A program made the translations under genes and the position numbers. A model generated the notes under the pieces. The model did no database searches, was not told the origin of the DNA, and was given only the letters and a program-made list of their open reading frames with translations. DNA of 64,000 nt from Octopus sinensis (taxonomy: Eukaryota): NCBI RefSeq assembly GCF_006345805.1, contig NC_042998.1:185380001-185444000 (forward strand), written 5' to 3'. Below, piece by piece: positions 37,501 to 50,576 of the stretch; the stretch's first letter is position 1, and each line of letters opens with the position of its first letter.

Positions 37501-40500
37501 TTGAGTGACCATATTTTATGGTTCCTCAACTGATATACTTCAGTTTTGTACTGAGGTGTATGTCTGGATTCCTTTTTATGTATTGCTTCAGGCATTTGTA
37601 AATGAATGCATGTTATGTATTAAGATCTTTTTTTTTATTTTTTAATGTTATGTATTAAGATCTTTAATTATTTTTTTTTAATATTTTTCAAACCAGGCAG
37701 CAGTTTAATAAGTTGCTACACATTTCTGCAGATAGAATTCATTCTGAATAAACTTCAGCAAACCATTTTCAATGATTTTCAGTAAATACAGAATATTCAT
37801 TCAATTTGTATGTTTTTATCCAGGAAAGTTTTGGATGCAAAAACATGAGAAATATTAATATGGTCTGCTCATAATGAAATTTATTTTGATTATATAATCT
37901 TAATGATAATGGTAAGGATGGAATTCATATTTATGAAATGGCACTGTGTTAATACCATATAGTTGGATTAAAAAATCTCCAAATTATCTTAACTTAAGAG
38001 TCTCTCTCACATAAACAGTTTGAAGAACTTTTCATAGACTTACAATTTTCCAAAAGAGAGGAAAAATTTTGTTTTCAATTTTTACATCTCCACATTTTGA
38101 GCAATTAGATCTCCAGTCACCAAGTGTCTTATTCTTTGATGTGTATATTGTATTAGAATGGATTCAATACAAACTAGGAACCTTTATTTCTAAACTAAGA
38201 ATAGTAATGATCTTATATAATAAGCTTCTTGATGCAAGTAGATAATAATTACGGTTAGTTCAAAACTAAAGGTACCTAGTGTGAGTCCTAACTAGTACTA
38301 TGTACACATCCAAGAATAAAACATCCTGATGATAAACAGTGATGAAACCAATCAAAACCTTAAGACGAGGTTAACTGTTCAACAAATATAATTTTATTAA
38401 AAACAGCTCTTCTCAGACATTTAGAGAACTTTCCGGTAACTTGTGTTATCCAGTAATCTGCCAGTATTTTCCCTGAACTTTCCAGGCAGTCTGACAGTAG
38501 CAAATTCTCAGCCAGTCTTCATGTTTCACATCCTAGGAATTTTAATCTGCAGGATTCTGTAGTTTGAACAGTTTCTTCATGTTTTTGCTTGAGATCGTTC
38601 TTCAATTCACATGTTACTCATAATGGTATATGTGTGCTTTTGACATTCTCACATATAAACAATTAGTTTCCATTAAGATGAGCGAACATGTTCCACAGAG
38701 TGATGAGTAGATTGCTCTTGGTTACTATCCTTCCTTTGCAGATTTCGTTTTGCAGAGATATTATAGCCATATGTTGCTAGTAACAAAGTCTACCAAAACA
38801 CAGCTAGTACTGTGCAATGAGCTAAATGCAAAAATATAAAAAAATAAACAACAGAGAAACAATATTAAGCTATCAACAAAATTGCAACACCAACTTTTCA
38901 CAACTTCAAAACATCAAATTCACAATAGCAATACAGAAAACACTTTAAAAACATTAGCTATATTTAACAGATCCATTGTGATTCTGCTCTTGTAGTATTT
39001 TTAAACAGCTGTTACTATGAAGAGTGGTTATGCTAGCTAGCCAACTAACACATGAATGCAATAATGCTTTGGGCATATATGGCATGTGAAAGATGAAAGT
39101 AAAATGTGTAAAAAGCACTGATTATGAGAAGCGACTAAAATGATACTTTTGCAAAATAACAAGACCCTCTCAGTTTCTACCTGTAAACAAGTGTTTGTCC
39201 ACAGGTAGTGTACGTGCAATTAGACACAAAAAGTATGAATAAAAATACAACAATAACACAATCATAAAAAGTTCAGCTTAATAATATGACAGTAAAATTG
39301 TCCAAAACAAAAACTCAACAGAAGCATAAAAAATTAAAAGACTGACAGCGGTACTGGCAACAAAACATTCTAGCGAGGTCATTGCCAGTGCCGCTGGATT
39401 GACTTCTGTGCAGGTGGCGCGTAAAAAACACCATTTCGAGCGTGGCCGTTGCCAGTACTGCCAGACTGGCCCTCGTGCCGGTAGCACGTAAAAAGCACCC
39501 ACTACACTCTCAGAGTGGTTGGCGTTAGGAAGGGCATCTGGCTGTAGAAACTCTGCCAGATCAGATTGGAGCCTGGTGCAGCCATCTGGTTTACCAGTCC
39601 TCAGTCAAATCGTCCAACCCATGCTAGCATGGAAAGCGGACATTAAATGATGATGATGATGACGAAGTTTTTAAAATGGTACTTGATCTGGTGATTATAG
39701 ATGTAGCTAGGCCAAACTTAATTATTTCTTTTAAAGATATTTCTAATCAATGTAGATGCAAATATTACAAGTTTTCTTTTTCAACTTGTCGTTCTATCAG
39801 CTTCCATACCTTCCTTGTCGACAGTATGCACAGATAATGGATTTTTATCCAATCTCTACCAAGTTCTATTCCAAATGCTCTTAATGCTTTTTTCCAGTCT
39901 GATAATAAATTATTAGAGTTCAGCTTTGCTATTTTCCCCAGAGTTAATATCATTAGCAAAATAGGAAAATTTGGCATGGTCTGATTTATAATGGAGTTTC
40001 ATGAGTCTGGATAAGTTTCATATTTTACGGGGAGAAAAGGAATCTGATCTTCTGGGACTGACACTTCATCTGAGAAAAAAGATGGGAAAATTTTCCATTT
40101 GAAAAGACAAAGAATCACCCCTGAAATGTCAGCTACCCCTTCTTTTCCAGTATACAAACATACTCTTACTCATGAACTTCACTGTATAATTTTTACAAAC
40201 ACAAACCACCAATAGTTTCCTTGGATATTGTAATTTATGTAACAATCATAATGTTTTGCAAATTGACTTTAAGCAAATCAGGAAAAATAAATTTTTTTAA
40301 TACATGCTTATTGTTATATTTTTTCAAAAAATCTATTACATAGCTATTCAGAAGGATTGTATTATTTATATCTTCTTAGAATTATTCAATTGCATCACAG
40401 ATGGTTCTTGATAAACTTTACAACACAGCTATTTTTCAGTCATAAGACAGATGAATGGCTTGATAATGAAAAACTTGGAAATGTACATAACTGAGAGATA

Positions 40501-43493
40501 ATATAATTTGACATTTAGTAAATAAATGTTTGTTGTTAATTGTTAGAATATACAGTTTGAAGTAAAAATTCAGCATATTTCATAAAATATTTTGACTAAT
40601 AGATTTTTTTTTGTCTCATCTAGCTAGCAAACATATTTGCCCAGTAGTATAGTGGGGGTCTCACCTATCCAACCTCCCCATTTTAATATGACTGGTTGCC
40701 ACTATTCCAATTATTCTAACTATTCTGATAACATATAGCAATGAAGGAGCTTCTATGTGGTTATCTGTGAAGTCTTAAGCAGAATGCCTTGAGATCTATA
40801 ATGTCAGCTACAGTGAAATTAACCCATTTAGAAGAGCAGAAACTGAATTTTTAAAATCTGTACAAAGATGTGGATTGTGAAAGTTGCAGCAAATGCAACC
40901 TGTATAAGAGCAGTAAATCTGAATAACAACACACTGTACAGGGTATCCTAGAGTTCTGGCAGACAACCTCTCAAGAGCTAGTGGCACAATAAAATGCACC
41001 CAGTCCATGCTGTAATGGCAATAGGAAAGGGCATTCAGCCAAAAAAAAAACCATGCCAAAATCATGACAGTCACAAATACAAAGAAAAACCTTAATTGTG
41101 TACATAGGACTGACACTCACCATGCTAGTGCTGCCCATAGAAGTGGGGTGGTTAGGTGGAAACATCTGGCCACAACTGAGAGCCCCTTGACTATCAAACA
41201 ATCACACCAATTCGCCTCGTTTCAGATGAAGAAAACAGACATCAAACAACCCACCCCAGCACTGGAAACTTTCTTCTTCCTGTCAGGTGTAAAGCTTTGA
41301 TGCTCTCACCATCAACATTGGCATGATGAAAGGTAGGGCTGGTAAAATTGTAGAGATGTTAAAGTAGAGGCAAGAGGTAAGATGGAGGGTAGCTTCAGCC
41401 AGACTCCTCATCGTTAACGAACACAGGTACAAATTCTTCTGGATGAGTGACAGCATTGGGCTGAGTAGAGTAGGCATACTGTTGGCAGAGAAACGAACAG
41501 GTAGAGTAATTGAAGCAGTCAGAATATGTGGCAGAACAATTAAGTGCAGACTAGTCATAGGCAACATGACAGCAAGGGATCTCTGTATATGCACTCAAAT
41601 GAAGCCTGGGAGATGAGGTCAACTTGCAGGCTATTTTGACAACAAATGACAGCAACCTCATTATCATAGTTGGTGACTTAAATGGACATGTTGGCTACTC
41701 TAATAGTATACATGGGGACTATGGATATAGTGCACAGAATGAAGAAGGAAATCAAATTACTTTGATTTCTGTGATGCAAACAACCTAATCATTTGCAATA
41801 CTAACTTCAGGAAACCTGCCTGCCACCTGATCATTAATTAATCAAGTGAACATGCAAGCCAGTTAGACTTCATACTCACCAGGAAATGGATAGACAGCTG
41901 GTTGTGAATACTAAGTCTTTCCCCAGTGAAGAATATACCACTCAATATAGATTAATGATTAGTGACATCAGTGTAAGTGCTAGATGGATTCAGCAACACA
42001 GTCAATCTGGAAAAGGAAGGTATGGAAGCTGAAAGAACCCTTAACCAAATGTTCAAAGAAGTACTAGTTGAGGTATATCATAAGAAAGAGGGAACAAGAG
42101 ACTTATAGCATAGAGGTCAACTGGGAGTTTCTATGTGACAATCTGCTGCATGCCTACCTACAAGAAGTGTGGGTGAAACAAGGTTTAACCAAGACAGGGG
42201 ACAAAACAGTACATTAGATAGAATTTATAATAGCTAAAATAAGTCTTATAAAGATTGGAAGGAGGCAGCAACAAACAATATCAGGTAGTATGAAGGGACA
42301 CTAGATTTCAGGTATGAGTTTGAGGTTTAAAAATTGTGAATCAAGATGTTATTGGGAAAAGGTGTGTACAGAATGAGAGTGGTGCACATGCCCTCAGTGA
42401 TGCCGAAAAGAATAAGACATGGAAATGCTACTGCAATAGATTGCTGATTAAGGAAAATGCAAAGAAGAAATAGAGTCCACTGCAAGTAGAAAATATAGAG
42501 GGAGCAAGTTTTGAAGAAGACAGCTATAGAGTTACAAGCGCCATTAAGGATATGAAAGCAGAGAAAGTAACTTGAACTCATTAATATGCCAAAAATATCT
42601 AGCAAAGCAGTATATGCACTTATCACTCATATAATCAATCAGGTAGTACAAAAGGTTTGAATTTCCAATGATTGATATGGTCGTAGTATCATCAACTGTC
42701 ATAAAGACATGCAGTCTGGGTTTGTAGCTGATGTCCTAAACTTGAGCTGAGAGCAAGCCACTATATCTAACATTCACTACTGACCTGGAGAAGGCCTCTG
42801 ACAAACAGATACCTTTTGTTGTCTAGCAGTCATTCAGAAAATAGATGTAGATGGATGACTTGTGAGAATAATGCAAGTCAAGCTATCAGCAAGGTGAGAA
42901 CAGCATTGAGTTCAACAACTTAACATGCTAGTAGGTGTCTACTAAAGCTCAATCTTCAGTCTCTCCTCCCATGCAAACTGTTTATTGTTGTTCTCCAGGT
43001 ATTAGCACAGGGATTTAAAACCAAGTCCATAGGAAGTCTTGTATACTGATGATCTAGTTCTTAAATCTTGAAGATTTAAAGAAAAAAAATTCTAAATGTT
43101 GAAGCAAAATATAGAATTGGAAGACCTTAGCAGAAACTTAGTGAGGACTAAAATTTTAGTCAGGACTTAACTTAACACTTGGGAGCGGTTGTGCTCAATA
43201 AGTGGAAAATAAGTAAGAGCTCTGTACTAAGTACCACATGTAAATTATTGGTGCCAAAAGGTTGTAGTGAGAACAAAGTCAGGCTAAGGGCTGATCAATA
43301 TGCTGCTGTTCCTGGTTGTTAATCTTCACTCTCCCTCCAATATTATGTTTCCTAGCATGTTATACAATCTATCATAAATTTCAAATTAATTATTTCTGTC
43401 ATCCTATAAGTTTAAACTTAAACATTTTCAACTATCTTATTTTAAAACTAGAACTTAAATAATTGATTGACTTTTTCACCATCATACCATTAA

Positions 43494-43531
<38 letters not shown>

Positions 43532-46500
43532 AAATTTAAATTTAATTGTAATTCACATTGAAGTAATAGCCATGAAACATACGTAGTCTTTTTACTTATT
43601 ATATACTGTTTATTTATTATTATATACTTTTTGTGATCTAGATATGTGTTTTATAATATATTTTATTTTTTCTTTATGGTTTGGTTTATGTCTGTCATTG
43701 TTTGAATTCCATAATAGTGGTTTTTCTCTAATTTATATTATATATATATAATGTAAACATAGACAAACACTTAGCACACATTCACTAGTAAATACAGTAT
43801 AGAAACATTCAACACATTTTTGCTAGCAAAAATAGTAGGCATAATTTAACAACGTATTTTAGTTACCTCTTTAGTCTCATCACAGTCACAAGGTATTGTG
43901 GTTGAATCATCACTCAAGCTAACTGATGATGGGTCGGATGATTCTTCACCGTTGTTTAGATTAACTTTATGGAGCTGCAACAACACATAGGCATCTAATG
44001 CTGCAATGATGAACCATTCAAACAGTTCAATGAAAAATGGAAGTGAATAACAAAAACAAATGTCTAATATTTTCAATCCCTCAGATATTAATCAATGTAA
44101 TTATATATATATAATCAAAAGTGAATTTCAATTTAAGAAAACCCAACTAACAGCTGATCAATATTTGCAGTGAAGTCTAAGATGACCAAAGTCAGTATAT
44201 CTCAGTGCGATCAACAGCAATTCTCAAACATTATCATCATTTTAACATCCATTTTTCCATGCTCGCATGGGTTGGATAAAGTTTCTATGACCAGATGCCC
44301 TTCCTGTCACCAACCATTACTTGTTTTCAAGCAGACATGTTTTTACAGGATACTGGAAATGAATGCTGCTGCTTGTATAACAGTGATGCTCATTTACATC
44401 ATCAGGCTTTGCCAAGATAAGTACACACACGCAAACACACAATAGGCTTCTATCAGTTTTCTGTCTACCAAATCCACTCAGAAAGTTAAGTTTCGTTAGC
44501 TCAGGGCTATAGTAGAAAACACTTGCCTGAAGTTCCACACAGTGGGACTGAACCCAGAACCATGTGGTTGAATGGGAAGCAAACTTCTTAACCATACACC
44601 TATGTCTGTACCTATATATAATGTTACATAATAATAAACAATTGCTTGATTATTGCTGTTCTGAGTTCAAGTTCCCATATAGACATGAGTAATGATAAAA
44701 ATAATTACATGGTGGCCTTGTTTCATTTCTATTATCAACATACCAGAAAGCACTGAAGTTTGTTGACTTCAATCTTCTCATCATAAAGATGTGACCAATA
44801 TGAATATTGATTAATGTAGATTTGAAGACATGCTCTTACAGTACAATTTCAGTACATTCAGAATCAATCCATGTTAGGTTTTCTAAAAGGGTTTCTATAG
44901 AATGTTAAAGTCATCAAAATTAAGCTTACTATATGTGTGCGAGTGTGTGTACAAATATACACACACACGCAGGTGGCACGTAAAAAGCACCATTTGGACG
45001 TGGCCGTTGCCAGCATCACCAAACTGGCCCTCATGCTGGTGGCATGTAAAAGCACCCACTACACTCTCGGAGTGGTTGGCGTTAGGAAGGGCATCCAGCA
45101 GTAGAAACTCTGCCAGATCAGATTGGAGTATGGTTCGCCAGACCTCAGTCAAATCGTCCAACCATGCTAGCATGGAAAGCAGACGTTAAATGATGATGAT
45201 GATGATGACACACATATACACATACATATATCAACATCATCATTGTTTTATAATCCAGTTTTCTATGATTTCATGGGTCAGACTAGATTTCCTAAGGCAC
45301 ACTTTCTACAGCGGGATGACCTTCCTGCCATTAACCCTCACTTGTTTACAAACAAGGTAATACTTTCCCATAGCCAGACATGTTTTCACAAGAGATGGGA
45401 AATAAAGGAACACTGTTTGTATGATAATGACACTTGTTTACAACTCTTGCGAGATATCAAATCAAAGAGATACAAACATACACACATACAGACCTCTCTA
45501 TGTGTGTGCACACACATACACACACACAGAGGTTTATATATACAACTGACTTCTCTTAAGTTTCATCCATGAAATCTACCTACAGGACATTAATTAGCCC
45601 GAGGCTGTAGTAGAAGATGCTCAAAGTGGCATGTAGTGGGATTGATACACACACACACACACAAAGCTAGATAAATAGATAGAGAGAGTGAGAGAGAAAG
45701 AAACAGGCAGAGCCAGAGAATATAGATATTTTTATAACTTTAAATCTATATTATGATTTCACACTAGAATCTGAAAAGATAATAATCTGAGTAGATTGTG
45801 TATTCAAAGATGCACCAAATCTAAAATTTATAAAGAAGAGGAAATGAGGAAATAAAATGCTAAACAGATTAATATCCATAACACTATGCCACAGCTTTAA
45901 TGATACACTTTCTAAATACGTGTTGCTGATTTTGTTCAACCATATCGAACAAAAGCGTCATTAACTTCACCACTTTACCTTTCATTCAAACATAATGTAT
46001 ATAGGATTGTCAAAGCATCTGCTTTAAAGATAGAATGACATTTCATTGTGCTTTCTAGCAGATCACATGATTGAAACATAGACCTTCATTATCTGCATGT
46101 GTGTGAGCGTACATTGTTATTATTACTACTAATATCTTCAAGAAGTTATTTAACCCTTTTGTTACCATATTTCTGTTGAGATGCTCTGTGTTTCTTTCAA
46201 TTATTTTAAATGTAACAAAGAATTTAGTAAAATAACTTTGTTATCATTAAGCTAGTGTTAGGAACATAAATTGCATATAAGATTTGGCGGAAGATTTTAA
46301 TTCAAAACTTCTGAAAACAAGACATTCATACTAAAGAGCCAGAGCCGGTTTCAGCCGGGTTGGTAACGAAAGGGTTAAGACTATTTGTTTCAACAAGTTA
46401 TTATTACATACCTGCATAGATAACTTGACATTTTCGAAGAGGTCGCCTTTCCCAACAAGAAATTTGATATGCTTTATTTAGAGGTCGACTAAAATGCTGT

Positions 46501-49500
46501 TCTACTAGTCCGCTAAGGCCTTTATGTTTAACGTTTGAGGACTTCACAATTTGAATGGAATTTGATGGAAATAAAAATGAAAAATGAAAAAAAAAAAAAA
46601 ACAATTTTTAAACAAACAATTTTATGCAAAAGATTATTTTAAGAGAATTGAAGTTGTGATGTTTAAATATTACCTATTCACAAAGACATTAAATATAAAA
46701 TTGAAGTGAAGTAATAATTAATATACAAAGTAATTGCTCAGTAACTGATTAAATGTATGGCTTTATGTAAGTATATCTCTTTATACCCTGAGTGCAAATT
46801 CCATCAGATTTAAGTTTAACTTTCATTTGTCTGAAAATTATAAAATGCGCACCTCTCAAGTACTGAGGTCATTTAAATCAACAATATTACTCCCTTAAAA
46901 TGCCCATTTTAGAAAACAATTACTTATAACACTGTGTATCATGATTTTTGTCCTTGCATAGCAACTGTTATTTCCTATTTACTTACTCCTTGAAAGTATG
47001 ACAATGGCTAATATTTCTTTCAAACTTTGCTTTTGCTATATTTATTCAAATGCTAAAGAATCCCTCTCAACACATGGCTGTGATGCTCCCCCAATACTTC
47101 TGTTCATGATCAGAGATGCACATATCATCAGCCACTAAGGGACATGCTCAAGTGGTTGAGGTCAAGCAATTGACAAGCAAATCTATGGTATTAAGCAGAA
47201 TATTTGCTATAATGATATTTCTGCTTCAGTAACTCAGTGCTGAGTCTGTCTGAAATCATCATTATCATCATCATCGTTTAACGTCCGCTTTCCATGCTAG
47301 CATGGGTTGGACGATTTTGACTGAGGGCTGGCGAACCAGATGGCTGCATCAGGCTCCAATCTTGATTTGGCAGAGAAATGTAATGGAAAATAGATCAGTT
47401 TCAAAACATTGATGTCGAGGTCTCAAAAGCAAAGTTTGAAGGGAATAGCAATCATTTTCTTTGATTTCTAGATAGAAGCAAATAGGAAAAACACTTACTG
47501 ACCACTGACCAATGACAAAAAAGAAATAAAAATTTTGTTTCACTGTATAAATTGCTTTAGGCTCAGATGCATGGTAAACAAATGACATCGAACAACAACC
47601 AGAAGACATTTTCAGATTTACTAGAAAGCATTGCTTGATTTATTTGAAATCATTAATAACTATGCAGTTAAGAAGTTTATTTCTGAGTCATTCAACGACA
47701 TGCTTTTGGGTTTGATATCACTGATAGGTACCTTGGGCAAGTGCCTTCTTCAATAGACCTTAGCCAAATAATGCCTCATGAGCAAATTTGATAGATGGAA
47801 ACTGTGTAAAAGAAAGCTCACTGTGATGTTTGTGCTTCTCAGTGCTTCACAACTGGTGTTGGTTTGTTTGTGACCCTGTAACTTAGTGGTCAAGCAAAAG
47901 AGACTGATAGAATAAGTACTAGGCTTAAAAATAGGTGCCAGAGTTGATTTTATTGACTAAACCCTTCAACACAATACCCTAGCACTACCATACTCTAATG
48001 ACTGAAACAAATAAAAGACTAAAAACAGTTTCCATGGAAAATTATTCGCTCAGACATTATATAACAGAATCCTCATCTCAACTCCAGCTGTTGTATCAAC
48101 AAGCAATCAAAAGTTCTTTAATTCTCTGTGTAAAGCAATAGTATTTGCAATGTTACAACATTTGTAGGAACAGTGGCAGCATACAGTAGCACCAGAGGTA
48201 AGCACTTGTTCAGAGATACAGTTCACCAAGAATTTAGTTCAACATTACAGTACATATTCTGCAGATAGAAACACAAAAGTATGCCTCAGTGTATGATATT
48301 CATTTATTTGTTTCAGTCATTTGACTGCAGCCATGCTGGAGCACCACCTTGAAGAGTTTTTGTCAAACAATTTGACCCCAGGACTTTATTTTTTTAAGTC
48401 CCAGTACATATTTTATTGGACTCTTTTGCCAAACTGCTAAATTACAGGGACGTAAATACACCAACACCGGTTATCAAGCGATGTTGGGAAAAACAAACAC
48501 AGACACAAAGACACACACACAATGGGCTTCTTTCAGATTTTGTCTACCAAATCCACTCACAAGGCTTTGGTCGGCCCAAGGCTATAGTAGAAGACACTGA
48601 ACCCGGAACCATGTGATTGGGAAGCAAGCTTCTTACTACAATTATTTCTAACTTATCTTTTAAAAATAAACTGGTGCCTTCTTCCAACATCTCGGTAAAA
48701 AAATACGTGCACTTCTGCACCTGGCCATTTTGTTTATACACATACATACAAGTTAATTTTTTTTCTCATTGTCACAAGACTAATTTTTGTAGGGAAAAGG
48801 TATTGTAAATTTAAATGATTTCAGTGTATTACTGGTACTTATTTAATTGAATCTTAAATGGTTGAAAGTCAAAGTTAACCAGGCATTTGAAATCAGAACA
48901 ATTAAGGAAGACATTACAAATAGTACAATAGTTAGCCCAGCACTCTACAGTTTTAATTATCTCTATCATCTTTACACATAATATGAAAATGGTAATACCT
49001 TTTTAACTGTTGTCTGAAGATCAATGATGTTGGAGAATTCTTTTGTATCAATGAATGGGAATGTGACTGCAATGATATTTAAATCTTGTGTGAAACTGTA
49101 ACCTGAAAGAATCAAAATTTAAGAAGTTAAAGATATTAGTTTCAAGCAACAAGCACAAGAGGTTAACAGAGAAATATGACACACATTTCTTAAAGATGCA
49201 ATAAAGCAAATGGAAATTGAAATCTGATTGCAGACTTGGATTGTCAATAGCTTACTTCTATTCTTTGACAATCATAAAATATATTTAAAATATCAACAGT
49301 AATAAAAGAGTCACAGCCAATGAAGAATCAAATATCTATATATATAAAGTTGAAGTTGTCTGTGTGTGGCAGGTTTGGTAGCCTTCAACTAACACTATCT
49401 CCTTCGAGACCCTGCAGCACAAGTTGACCAAAACTGAGAGTATGATAGAAGAAGGCTTGTTTTCCCTTCTGTTGAAGATAAAATTCAAATCGGACCATCT

Positions 49501-50544
49501 TAACACCAAAAATTATTTACATCAAAAAGGTGCTTTTTTTCTATGAAAATCCCTATGTTTTACGATTTTTGACTGCTGTGTCACCATTTTTCGGTGTATT
49601 TCAACTGGAAAAATGTTCACTTGAAGAGAATAACAAGTTGCATAATCCAAAATTTTCAAAAATTCCAATTCTAAAGGGTCGAATCAAACCCAAGCAACAC
49701 CGGGTGATACTGCTAATAAATGATAAAATGCTAAGGCTGAATGAGCCAATGAAGGAACATTTATGTTACTGAACTGCTTTAATGCAGCAGCCAAGTCTTT
49801 GCACCAAACTATTTTGTATATTTACGATGAAATTCATATACTTTAAGTTTCAGATCTAAAGACAGCTTGCAACTGACCACTGATAACATATTGATTAGAT
49901 TTGGTCAAATATTTTAAACTATAAATGTACTCAGGTATGACTGATTAGGGATATTCAAAAACTCCTCTTTTCCCAGTCCACTTCACTGTAAATTAAATAA
50001 CAAAGAAATTGTAAATCTGACATACTGTGATGGTTAAAAGCTCTAAGGCCAAATGCTACCAAGACCTTTTGGAAGAAACAATTTATTTAAAGTGTTTCAG
50101 GAGCCAAAAAAATGATTTAGAACATGGGAGGGAAAGAGATAAAAATTGTCTCTTGAACATATAGGCGCAGGAGTGGCTGTGTGGTAAGTAGCTTGCTTAC
50201 CAACCACATGGTTCCGGGTTCAGTCCCACTGCGTGGCATCTTGGGCAAGTGCCTTCTGCTATAGCCTCGGGCCGACCAATGCCTTGTGAGTGGATTTGGT
50301 AGACGGAAACTGAAAGAAGCCCGTCGTATATATGTGTATATATATGTGTGTGTGTGTGTTTGTCCTCCTAGCATTGCTTGACAACCGATGCTGGTGTGTT
50401 TATGTCCCCGTCACTTAGCGGTTCGGCAAAAGAGACCGATAGAATAAGTACAGGGCTTACAAAGTATAAGTTCCGGGGTCGAGTTGCTCGATTAAAGGCA
50501 GTGCTCCAGCATGGCTGCAGTCAAAATGACTGAAACAAGTAAAA

Positions 50545-50576
<32 letters not shown>

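Noticed and set aside
38325-38360. CTGATGA...GAAAC as a further hammerhead
   Set aside because: No convincing stem II or cleavage triplet.
38666-38789. Short open frame after an acceptor-like ttggtag on minus
   Set aside because: It ends in a stop with no good donor and no recognisable homology.
48168-48197. 30-nt plus-strand mini-exon (tag|...|gtaagc) suggesting a nested gene
   Set aside because: No partner exons or consistent plus-strand frame were found; such sites are expected by chance.
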